Below are positions 55,970 through 64,000 of a DNA stretch of 64,000 nt, piece by piece. The notes beneath the pieces were generated by a model. It saw only the letters and a program-made list of their open reading frames with translations. It made no database searches and was not told the origin of the DNA. Source of the stretch: Candidatus Dojkabacteria bacterium (GTDB lineage: Bacteria > Patescibacteriota > Dojkabacteria > SC72 > JAHDCA01). Numbering within the stretch: position 1 is the first letter of the stretch; the number at the start of each line of letters is the position of its first letter. The position numbers and the translations under genes are program-made. The stretch lies in contig CP129478.1 of NCBI GenBank assembly GCA_030583845.1, forward strand, positions 651,686-715,685, given 5' to 3'.

Positions 55970-57517
55970 CTACTCTTTATTAGGAGCATCTGGTTCATCT
56001 TGAGAGGGTTTATCCTCCGACGGTTTAACATCCTGCACTATTCTGTGCGCCTGAGTTCCCTTCTCATTATAAAACCGAATCGCGGTCGCCAACTCAATAT
56101 CATTTCCCTCCTTATCCTTAACAGCCTCTTCCAATGTTTTTCCATCTTGCCATGCACGGAATGCCTCCATTACAGCTTTCATGCCTGCGGTGGTTTTCAT
56201 CGGATGCGAGTGAACACCTGCTCCCATGGTGATTATGAAGTCGATCGTACCAACAGCATTAATATAGTCGGCTAAAAGCACAGGATTCATACCTCCAGAT
56301 GCGATAGGGGTACATCTGTTAACTGTGCGCCAGTCGGCCTTCGCAGTGACTGCATGTATATCATTCTTGTTAATTTCCCTTCTCATCCTACTTACCTCGA
56401 GTGGCCCGACGTTCCATAGATTTTCTTCTGCTTTAATCATCGTCTGTACATCTGAGTCTGTTTCTGGGACCTTGCTCCAGACCTGCTTGAAATGGTGCCC
56501 TTGTGCCTCAACTTTTAGGCACTGGTGTACTGCTACTACATCCTCACTCAATCCTACTGCACCTGCATCCATCTTCCCAACACCAGCTGTACCACAGTGG
56601 ATACCTGATGCACCAGCCAGTCGTGCGAACTTTGTAAGAACTGGCACCGAGAATCCAAAAGCGTTCTCTTTGCGGGTGAATGCAGCATGTCCAGCGCGGT
56701 GGAAGTGAAGGAAAACATCTGGATATCTTCTGCGCACTGTCTGAATTGCCATCCAACCAGCAGTGATCCCATCAACCAGGAATGAGTAGCTGCCTGGCTT
56801 CATCACTTGTCGTACATGATCCGCTCTCTGAATCATTGTGTCGAAATCTGGCGCAGATATGTTGAACGAGTGTACCTTGGTCCTGCCCGTTTTGTCCTCT
56901 GCCATGTCCATAGCATGTCTGACTGCGACAACCTCTTTGTCGAATGGTGCGAAATCTTGATTTGCTTGTGGCTCATCGTTTTTGACGAAATCACCGCCTC
57001 CGATCCAGAAGTCGTAGCACAGCTCGGCATACTCGGTCGTGGTGAGTCCAATCTTTGGCTTGATGATCGTACCAAGAATTGGGCGGTCATACACTTGGAG
57101 GTACTCGCGTAGGTCTTCGAGTGATACGCTTGGGCCGTCATACATCGACATCATCTGCGACGGGAAATAGACATCCTCCATCTTGCATGCCTTCAGGTTG
57201 CCCATACCGAAAAGGTTGCCGGCGATGAAGGTAAGGATATTTTGGATATTTCCGCCCTGGTCGAACATCCTCCAAGGGTAGGCGATATATGCGAAGCCTT
57301 TCTCTTCATCGACTTCATATACTAGCGCGTCGAGTCCCTTTGAGAATCCTGTCGCTGAGCCAACTGTGAGGTTGGAGCCTGTCGAGGACTCTGATGCCAT
57401 CTCTGACGCAGCTTCGAGAATTGACTGCCCACCATATGTTTCTACGCGATATGCTGCGAGTAGGTACTCGCCGTTGTATACGTCTTTGTTTCCGAGTGAG
57501 ATGTATTGTTTCTGCAT
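55970..57517 (-). CDS. rbcL: ribulose-1,5-bisphosphate carboxylase/oxygenase large subunit, form II/III-like
   Basis: 515 aa. GTIIKPKIGL (K175), GGDFVKNDEP (carbamylated Lys KxDE), LHFHRAGHAAF (His294/His327 region), ASGGMNP and GAGVHSHP phosphate-binding loops. The catalytic set appears complete, so it is not a form IV RLP. Confidence 0.85.
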   Translation of the reverse strand: MQKQYISLGNKDVYNGEYLLAAYRVETYGGQSILEAASEMASESSTGSNLTVGSATGFSKGLDALVYEVDEEKGFAYIAYPWRMFDQGGNIQNILTFIAGNLFGMGNLKACKMEDVYFPSQMMSMYDGPSVSLEDLREYLQVYDRPILGTIIKPKIGLTTTEYAELCYDFWIGGGDFVKNDEPQANQDFAPFDKEVVAVRHAMDMAEDKTGRTKVHSFNISAPDFDTMIQRADHVRQVMKPGSYSFLVDGITAGWMAIQTVRRRYPDVFLHFHRAGHAAFTRKENAFGFSVPVLTKFARLAGASGIHCGTAGVGKMDAGAVGLSEDVVAVHQCLKVEAQGHHFKQVWSKVPETDSDVQTMIKAEENLWNVGPLEVSRMRREINKNDIHAVTAKADWRTVNRCTPIASGGMNPVLLADYINAVGTIDFIITMGAGVHSHPMKTTAGMKAVMEAFRAWQDGKTLEEAVKDKEGNDIELATAIRFYNEKGTQAHRIVQDVKPSEDKPSQDEPDAPNKE

Positions 57518-57549
57518 TTTGTGTTGGTTTAATAACTTATTCGACTCCG

Positions 57550-57591
57550 ACCTTAAGTGCTCAGACCCGATCGGGTCTGAGCACTTAAGGT
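57550..57591. repeat. 42-bp perfect palindrome ACCTTAAGTGCTCAGACCCGATCGGGTCTGAGCACTTAAGGT (copy 3 of the 24-bp core)
   Basis: Read directly. Lies between the HAD-hydrolase stop and the RuBisCO start (both minus strand). Confidence 0.8.
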
Positions 57592-57626
57592 GCGACCCGG
57601 TTGGGTTAGCCCACTAGTAGGCTGAC

Positions 57627-58361
57627 TCAATTGCTGGTTTCGAGGAACTCAATAATATCCCGTACTTTTGCAAGCGAGTCAACAGTGTAGCGTGGTTTGA
57701 ACATTCCTTCCCTTGTCGCGGTCTGGCCCAATTTTGTCAGGTTTGCTTCTACAGTTACCATACCAAGCATATTTGCTCCATATATATCTAGCTTCAGACT
57801 ATTCCCAATCACAAAAAGCTCGCTTGGCGACATTTTTAATTTGTGCATCGCAAGCATATACGAATTAGGTGCGGGCTTATTGCTTCCAGACTCTTCTGAC
57901 GTAACAAGTAAGTCGACATATCGGCCTATCCCAAGCTCGTGGATCTGTTCTAATTTCATCTTGACCGTGCCGTCAGAGATAATTGCAACTTTTCGGCCAC
58001 TTTCTTTTAGCCACTGGAGGAATTCCTCCGCATCATCGTAAAGTCGGAGATTTTTGAGCATATACTTATAGTAAGAGTCCTGCAGTCGGTATAGTAGCTC
58101 GAATCTGTCTGATCTGATATCGGCATTCTCGACCATGTGCTGAAGGTAAAGTGCTGTATCGTAGGCAGCAGCGTCGCTGGTTGTCGCATTGTTGATATAT
58201 TCACGCGATGATGAGAGCATTTTCTCAGAGTCTGATTCCGAGTATTTGCCTTCGGTCAGGTCTGAGAAAAGCTTGGCGGTCTCTTTTAACGCGTCGCGCT
58301 CAACATCGGAGGTATTACAAATTGTGTCGTTTAGATCGACTAGGGCAGCTTTAATTTTCAT
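57627..58361 (-). CDS. HAD-superfamily hydrolase
   Basis: 244 aa. N-terminal VDLNDT (motif I-like), ISDGT (motif II) and K...GNSLKLD (motifs III/IV). Confidence 0.65.
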   Translation of the reverse strand: MKIKAALVDLNDTICNTSDVERDALKETAKLFSDLTEGKYSESDSEKMLSSSREYINNATTSDAAAYDTALYLQHMVENADIRSDRFELLYRLQDSYYKYMLKNLRLYDDAEEFLQWLKESGRKVAIISDGTVKMKLEQIHELGIGRYVDLLVTSEESGSNKPAPNSYMLAMHKLKMSPSELFVIGNSLKLDIYGANMLGMVTVEANLTKLGQTATREGMFKPRYTVDSLAKVRDIIEFLETSN

Positions 58362-58466
58362 CTCTCTATATTATCAGCTTTCTGCGAACTCGCCCAGTAT
58401 AGGGCAGGGGTAGTGAGAGTTAATGTGGTGATTTTGAAAATTATGCTGTACTGAAAGCGTTTATAA

Positions 58467-58498
58467 AATTGCTCAGACCCGATCGGGTCTGAGCAATT
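58467..58498. repeat. 32-bp palindrome AATTGCTCAGACCCGATCGGGTCTGAGCAATT (copy 4)
   Basis: Read directly. Lies in the divergent region between the HAD gene start and the dsbA-like gene. Confidence 0.8.
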
Positions 58499-58646
58499 CG
58501 GGTCTGACCTCTGCTGGGCTGCCCGCTTAAGAAAGATTTAAGAATCGCCAGCCCCTAACAAGCAAAAAGTGGCGCGGCAAAATTTTATCTGATACACTCA
58601 TCCATGAATCATTGCTCAGATTTAATATTTTTTATCTATTTTTTAC

Positions 58647-59540
58647 ATGGCAGAACAAAGCAATGCCCCAGTGAAGGGCCAGCCAGCGCAGAGTGCCTCG
58701 CAATCGAAGCAGACTAAGCAATCACACACGGCAGGAGAAGAAAATGTCGTCTCGATTGATGTGCAGCAGCTCCTGACGCCTGTAGCAATCTTGCTCGCAG
58801 GGATGATGGTGAGCGGCACACTTTACTTTAGCTTAAATGACAGTACAGGTAGCTCATCGAAGACCTTGGGTGCTACAGACAAGACCACCACTACAACTAC
58901 AGGTACAACTGTAGAAGTTGACTCAGATGTAAGCGTTACACTCTCCGGCTATGCCGAAGAGATTGGTGTAGACATGGATGAGTATGACAAATGTGTCGCA
59001 GCCAACGATACTTCAGAGGTTGATGCAGACACTGCCGCTGGTACTAGCGCAGGTGTTAGCGGAACCCCAGGATTCATCATTGGAAAGCTTTCAGATGATG
59101 GGACGGTTGAAGGCTATAGAATTTCAGGAGCCTACCCATATGGCGACTTCCAGACAATTTTGTCGGCATTGGAAAGCGGTGATACTCCAGCTCCAAAGTA
59201 TGACTTCAACCAGGACGGTACACTTGATGCATGGCCAACAGGTAAGACATCTCTCGATGATGATGCATATAAAGGCAACAAGGATGATGCACAGTATGCG
59301 ATTGTTGAGTTCTCAGATTTTGAGTGTCCATTTTGTCAGCGACATTACCAGCAGACCTACAGTTCTATCATTGATGGATATGTAGACAATGGTAAGGCAG
59401 TTTACGCATTTAGAGATTTCCCACTAAGCTTCCATCCAAAGGCAGTACCAGCAGCTGTTGCGGCTAACTGTGTAATGGATCAGAAGGGTGCTGAGGGATA
59501 CTTCCAGATGCATGACAAGATTTTCGGGAACGGAATCTAG
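58647..59540 (+). CDS. DsbA-like thiol:disulfide oxidoreductase (membrane-anchored, long disordered stalk)
   Basis: 297 aa. TM near N-terminus. Thioredoxin-fold CPFC active site (FSDFECPFCQRHY). Confidence 0.75.
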   Translation: MAEQSNAPVKGQPAQSASQSKQTKQSHTAGEENVVSIDVQQLLTPVAILLAGMMVSGTLYFSLNDSTGSSSKTLGATDKTTTTTTGTTVEVDSDVSVTLSGYAEEIGVDMDEYDKCVAANDTSEVDADTAAGTSAGVSGTPGFIIGKLSDDGTVEGYRISGAYPYGDFQTILSALESGDTPAPKYDFNQDGTLDAWPTGKTSLDDDAYKGNKDDAQYAIVEFSDFECPFCQRHYQQTYSSIIDGYVDNGKAVYAFRDFPLSFHPKAVPAAVAANCVMDQKGAEGYFQMHDKIFGNGI

Positions 59541-59598
59541 GCCGAACGAGGCAGAAATCGTTTAAGACTTTAGTTACGGCACGTTTATAGCTGTACTT

Positions 59599-60039
59599 AT
59601 GGGAAGCAAGAAAGATCTTAGATCTACAACGAATTTGATAATCCTCCTGCTGGCAGCAGCAGGGGGATTGCTTTCTCTATATCTGTGGAACAGCACGCTT
59701 CAAGGCTCAGTCGACTTTTGCACGACAAACTGCGAGGCGGTATTAACAAGCCCATACTCCAAGATACTTGGAATTCCTGTCGCCGCACTAGGGTTTGTTT
59801 ATTACGCCGGCATGGCGACGTTATGCTTCCAGAGGATACACATTAAGCATATTCTCCTAGATCGGATGCTCGCGATTGCGATATTGGCCGGCATCCTATT
59901 CACGATTTATCTCAGATATCTTGAATTTGGAGTTATAGAAGAGATATGCATGTGGTGCTGGGGTAGTGTTGTCACGATGCTAGCGATCACAATTACCTAT
60001 GTATATTGGGTGATCAAAGATAAGGTGAAGCTCGCTTAA
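59599..60039 (+). CDS. vitamin K epoxide reductase (VKOR) family protein
   Basis: 146 aa, 4 TM. Loop Cys pair CTTNC followed by TSPYSKILGIPVAALG. TM4 CMWC redox motif. Confidence 0.7.
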   Translation: MGSKKDLRSTTNLIILLLAAAGGLLSLYLWNSTLQGSVDFCTTNCEAVLTSPYSKILGIPVAALGFVYYAGMATLCFQRIHIKHILLDRMLAIAILAGILFTIYLRYLEFGVIEEICMWCWGSVVTMLAITITYVYWVIKDKVKLA

Positions 60040-60124
60040 ATTATCCCTCTAATAGCGAAGTTCAGACGAACGGGATTCTATGGTAAGATATTCCTGATTT
60101 AACTTTTCTACCCGAATCGATAGC

Positions 60125-60898
60125 TTGTTGAACAGCTCGCTAACACATAAACTCGACCTGCTCTATGTACTCCTGCGTACCGGTTTCCGCCTGCGGTACA
60201 ATGATTCGCTATTGGGTGTACTTTGGGTCGTTATAAGACCGCTTATCAACTTCGTAGTACTCTACCTAGTGTTCTCATTCTTTGTTAATCGTGAGATTGA
60301 GAATTTCCAAGTGTATCTATTTTCCGGTTTGATCATTTATAACTACTTTAGCGAGAGTGTTTTGAGTGGAGCCGGCAGCTTGCTGGGCATGGCACATATA
60401 ATACTGAAGGTTCAATTCCCGAAAGAGATTGCTGTATTAAGCACACAAGGCTTGGCTGTAATAAGCTTGGTCATCAATTTGGGGATTCTGTCAGTCTTTG
60501 CATATGTGAGTGGTGTAAATACAAATCCTATGGCGATCCTCTACTTCTTATTTATCATGGTCGTGCTGACGACAATTACATATGGGATCTCTCTGTTTAC
60601 AAGTGTAATGTCGGTGCGGTTGAGAGATGTCAAAAATCTGATCGAGGTATTTCTGCAGATAGGCTTCTATCTTTCACCTATTATCTATCCGCTTGATATA
60701 GTGCCGCTGCCATTCAGGACGGTTATTCAATACAATCCTATGACGATAATTATTCAAGCCGCTCGCGATGCAATTGCAAATGGAAATATCATATATGTTA
60801 ATCATATGATGGTGTTGTTAGGCTTGGGGATATTCATGATAGGTGCAGGTACGCTTTTCTTCAATAAGATGGTGAAGAAAGTAGCGGAGTATTATTAA
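60125..60898 (+). CDS. ABC-2 type polysaccharide/teichoic-acid exporter permease (Wzm/TagG-like)
   Basis: 257 aa, 6 TM, ABC2_membrane pattern. Immediately upstream of the ATPase. Confidence 0.7.
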   Translation: MLNSSLTHKLDLLYVLLRTGFRLRYNDSLLGVLWVVIRPLINFVVLYLVFSFFVNREIENFQVYLFSGLIIYNYFSESVLSGAGSLLGMAHIILKVQFPKEIAVLSTQGLAVISLVINLGILSVFAYVSGVNTNPMAILYFLFIMVVLTTITYGISLFTSVMSVRLRDVKNLIEVFLQIGFYLSPIIYPLDIVPLPFRTVIQYNPMTIIIQAARDAIANGNIIYVNHMMVLLGLGIFMIGAGTLFFNKMVKKVAEYY

Positions 60899-60933
60899 AA
60901 TGATATCAGCCATATAGGGAGTATTAGAAAATT

Positions 60934-61698
60934 ATGAAGCTAAGAAAAGAGAAAAGAGAAAATTTACCGCTGATTGAGATCCAAGACGTTACGAAGAAGT
61001 TCAAGATCTACAAGGAGCGCACCGATACAGTTAAGGAGTCATTCATGGGGATCTTCCGCAAGGGAGAGGCGCATGAATTTTACGCGCTCGATGATGTGAG
61101 CTTCGATGTCCCTCCTGGTGAATTTCTAGGCATTATTGGAAGGAATGGTAGCGGTAAATCAACCCTCCTGAAGACATTGGTAGGGGTATACCAGCAAGAT
61201 TCTGGCAAGATAACAGTCCGTGGCTCGATTATTCCGTTCTTGGAGCTTGGAGTAGGCTTTAATCCCGACCTGACAGCGCGAGAGAATATCTTCCTAAACG
61301 GCATAATTCTCGGTATGAATCGTAGGTTTGTGCGCCGCAAGTTTGACGAGATTGTAGAATTTGCAGAAATTGGCGAGTTCCTCGATACGCCGGTGAAGAA
61401 TTTCTCGTCAGGTATGATGGTGCGATTGGCTTTTGCTATTGCGATCCAGATTGAGGCTGACATCTATATCTTGGATGAGGTGCTTGCAGTGGGTGATGTA
61501 GCGTTTCAGCAGAAGTGTGTTGCGCGGTTGAAAGAGTTGATCGCGAAGGGGAAGACGATTATTTATGTGAGTCACTCGATGGATACGATTAAGTTGTACT
61601 GTGATAGGGTGGTGTGGATGGAGCATGGGAAGGTGAGGGAGATTGGAGAGCCGGAGGGTGTTGTGGGGAGGTATTTAGAGGAGGTCAGTAATTTGTGA
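60934..61698 (+). CDS. ABC transporter ATP-binding protein (Wzt/TagH-like)
   Basis: 254 aa. Walker A GRNGSGKST, signature FSSGMMVRLAFAIA, Walker B IYILDE. Confidence 0.85.
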   Translation: MKLRKEKRENLPLIEIQDVTKKFKIYKERTDTVKESFMGIFRKGEAHEFYALDDVSFDVPPGEFLGIIGRNGSGKSTLLKTLVGVYQQDSGKITVRGSIIPFLELGVGFNPDLTARENIFLNGIILGMNRRFVRRKFDEIVEFAEIGEFLDTPVKNFSSGMMVRLAFAIAIQIEADIYILDEVLAVGDVAFQQKCVARLKELIAKGKTIIYVSHSMDTIKLYCDRVVWMEHGKVREIGEPEGVVGRYLEEVSNL

Positions 61699-61707
61699 TA
61701 AATCAGC

Positions 61708-63672
61708 ATGGCGAAGCTTAAAGTAGATATAGTAATACCTGCCTACTTCGGACTGGGTATCACGACAAGGTCGGTCTATTCTGTCCTAAATCAGTGCGAT
61801 TTTGATAAGTATGATCTGAAGTTGATACTCGTTGATGATAGCGGTGACCCTGAGTATGGAGAGCTTCTAAGCAAGCAGGTGGCAGACTTTGGATCGCCTG
61901 AAAAGATTGCGGTTCTAAAGCACGGTAAAAACAAAGGATTTATTGAGGCTTGTTACACCGGGGTCGAATATAGGGATAGCGATTATAAGCTTCTCCTCAA
62001 CAGCGATACTCTGATGTTGTCTGATTCGTTAGACAAGATGATCGCTACTGCTGAAAGCGAAGATGAAATTGCTATAGTTAACCCCGTCACAAATCAGATA
62101 GCCGTTATCAACGCGGAAATGCCAGCCGGATTCAATATTTACGACATGCAGGAGGCTGCAGGAAATTTCCCTAAGTCGAAGAGTGATTTCATTGATTTGG
62201 TGACATCTGTTGGGTTTTGTATGCTGATAAAATCGAAGTATATTGAAAAGCTCGGCTTTTTCGATCGAATATTTGGCTATGGATATGGTGAAGATACAGA
62301 TCTTCATTTCCGGTATGTCGACAATGGCTTACGGGCCGTAATAGCAACTGATAGCTTCGTATATCACAGGGGTGAAGGATCTTTTAGCGATAGGGACGAG
62401 AAAGTACTGTTTGCAAGGAAGGTAGTATTCGAGAGATACCAGGAGCTATATGACAAAACTTTTCCAGAATTCGCACAGAAAACCATAGTCAACAAGATAA
62501 AGTCGCATGTAAACGAGTATGGTAGGTATCTGACGAAGGTTTTATTTTTGACACACAGTAATTCACTCGCAGATCCAGAGCATAGATATGCACATGTATT
62601 GGCTAACACACTGCTTGAATTTGGCATCCCGGCAAATGTAGCATACAAGCATCGCACAACAGAGTTAAGTTTCGCTGACGATAGGCTATATACACCAATT
62701 GAGATATCCGAGATTAAAAATAAGTATATGCCTCTAGAGCTTATTGTTGTTACCGATAGATTGCTCTACCGATCTGCTTTAGACTATGCATCTGCGTTGC
62801 ACTTAGCTTATGGTACTTCCCCTAAGATTGTATTTGGTTCTTCGTACTATTCTAAATTGAAAGATGCATTGTCCAAAGGGGTGTACGATGAGTACATACG
62901 CGAGGTTGATCAGCAGCCACTGATTGCGCCAGAAGTGGCGGATATTTTATCCAACATTGGCTACAAGAAGAATGGGAAAACTGGGTATACAAAGATAATG
63001 TTCTCATCCGACACTTCTTACGATAGAATGATTGAGCTGGCTAGGACAGCTTCGAATTTGGCTGGGAGCTATCACTTCTATAAGTTCGGCGATAAGCAGA
63101 AGACAGAAATTGTCGGTAGTCATGAGGTTTCAATCTTTAAATGGCCCGGGACAGAGAAACTTTATGAGTTGCTCAAGGATACCTCGGTTTACATTAACCT
63201 TTCAGACCAGATCTCAACAAGCGAGCTACAGCTCGTTGCGTATGCGAATGTTACGCTTTTACTTCTGGATAAACATAAGGCTGAGGTAGAACTAATGGAG
63301 AAATTCGATGTGGAATATACCAACGATATTGACGATATCTCTCTTGTGGAGAAACTAGGGTCAATACTTGTTAGGGAAAGAGGTATTAATATTGAGAAGT
63401 TGTATTACTCCTTCTCGTCGTACGATCATAAAGAGGCGATAGTAGCTGTTTTCAATGGGCTTCTTGAGAGTAAAGTGGCTCAAGACAATCTGTTCATGGA
63501 GAAAATCTCTGAATATATAAGTGGTGAAGCTGTGGATGAATTGAAAGACCTTCTTGAGGCTGAGGAGTCATCGCCAGTTGAAAATCCCCGATCGTTCAGG
63601 TCCGATATAATCAGTGTAATCCCTCCAAGAGTGAAGAGTCTATTACGTCGTGTTAGATCTAAGTTGAGATAG
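61708..63672 (+). CDS. family-2 glycosyltransferase with large C-terminal extension
   Basis: 654 aa. N-terminal GT-A fold (VDIVIPAYF...LILVDDSGD..., DTD/ED motifs). Confidence 0.65.
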   Translation: MAKLKVDIVIPAYFGLGITTRSVYSVLNQCDFDKYDLKLILVDDSGDPEYGELLSKQVADFGSPEKIAVLKHGKNKGFIEACYTGVEYRDSDYKLLLNSDTLMLSDSLDKMIATAESEDEIAIVNPVTNQIAVINAEMPAGFNIYDMQEAAGNFPKSKSDFIDLVTSVGFCMLIKSKYIEKLGFFDRIFGYGYGEDTDLHFRYVDNGLRAVIATDSFVYHRGEGSFSDRDEKVLFARKVVFERYQELYDKTFPEFAQKTIVNKIKSHVNEYGRYLTKVLFLTHSNSLADPEHRYAHVLANTLLEFGIPANVAYKHRTTELSFADDRLYTPIEISEIKNKYMPLELIVVTDRLLYRSALDYASALHLAYGTSPKIVFGSSYYSKLKDALSKGVYDEYIREVDQQPLIAPEVADILSNIGYKKNGKTGYTKIMFSSDTSYDRMIELARTASNLAGSYHFYKFGDKQKTEIVGSHEVSIFKWPGTEKLYELLKDTSVYINLSDQISTSELQLVAYANVTLLLLDKHKAEVELMEKFDVEYTNDIDDISLVEKLGSILVRERGINIEKLYYSFSSYDHKEAIVAVFNGLLESKVAQDNLFMEKISEYISGEAVDELKDLLEAEESSPVENPRSFRSDIISVIPPRVKSLLRRVRSKLR

Positions 63673-63679
63673 TGAAATT

Positions 63680-64000
63680 ATGAAAGACCTCCTTATTATA
63701 TGCGGCCGCCTGTCATCGCAAGATAGAGAGCGCTATCTAGCATCTTTAAGTGATAGGTTGAGCGCAGCAGATCTTGCATATGATGTCATACAATCATCTG
63801 ACTTAAGAGTTGGGTTGCTGAACTACTATCATGGGTTTGTCTTTGTAAACATCGGAAGTTCGGATAGGGTAAGCAGATTTGTAAGCAAAGGGAGGATTTT
63901 CAATAAGACCTTCTTCCAGATGGGTGGAAAGTTTACTAAAGGCGGTACGAAGAATACCATCTTGCTAGCTGATCTGGTAGACATAACCTTCGCATACAAA
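63680..64000 (+). CDS. hypothetical protein (partial, continues beyond window end)
   Basis: Open frame from ATG 63680 to the window edge (MKDLLIICGRLSSQDRERYLASL...), no motif recognised. Confidence 0.3.
   Translation, partial: MKDLLIICGRLSSQDRERYLASLSDRLSAADLAYDVIQSSDLRVGLLNYYHGFVFVNIGSSDRVSRFVSKGRIFNKTFFQMGGKFTKGGTKNTILLADLVDITFAYK

Noticed and set aside
55970-57517. RuBisCO-like protein (form IV, non-carboxylating)
   Set aside because: The Lys-Asn-Asp-Glu carbamylation/metal site, the His-rich LHFHRAGHAAF block and both phosphate-binding glycine loops are present, which is typical of bona fide carboxylases.
4941-58498. Possible CRISPR array formed by the repeated GCTCAGACCCGATCGGGTCTGAGC palindrome
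   Set aside because: The four copies are 20-33 kb apart or isolated in separate intergenic regions, not tandemly spaced with spacers. No cas genes are in the window.

Overview
This 64 kb window looks like a small-genome bacterium, plausibly Candidate Phyla Radiation/Patescibacteria-like, but that is inference. Genes are densely packed, read with the standard genetic code (TGA acts as a stop), and GC is roughly 40-48%. Most of the window is housekeeping and tRNA/RNA-processing genes: comM (partial), RNase P RNA, fmt, queA-tgt-rsmI-like, rny-ymdB, hup, pyrH-like, greA, tRNA-Glu(CUC), trmD, a second greA-like gene, serS, a 2H-phosphoesterase, miaA and tRNA-Pro(GGG). There is also a type IV pilus locus (pilin, pilB, pilC and four pseudopilins, one giant) next to a 1163-aa Cys-rich secreted protein. 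Further genes are a DsbA/VKOR pair, a Wzm/Wzt-type ABC exporter with a GT2 glycosyltransferase, two HKD phospholipase-D proteins around an XRE regulator and an ECF sigma factor, a NOX/ferric-reductase-like flavoprotein, and a bona fide form II/III-type RuBisCO large subunit. The most unusual locus is 11026-14719. A low-GC MmeI-like type IIG restriction-modification gene (PD-ExK nuclease, gamma-class N6A methyltransferase with NPPY, and a type-ISP C-terminal specificity domain) is split exactly in two by a complete NYN/LabA-like nuclease gene. The NYN start codon overlaps the stop of the first fragment (ATGA). Two dispersed repeat families also stand out. One is a 19-bp inverted-repeat unit that forms the whole P3 hairpin of rnpB and also the termini of a 121-bp intergenic element about 15 kb away. 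The other is a 24-26-bp perfect palindrome (TGCTCAGACCCGATCGGGTCTGAGCA) present in four intergenic copies. No CRISPR array, transposase, integrase or rRNA was seen.
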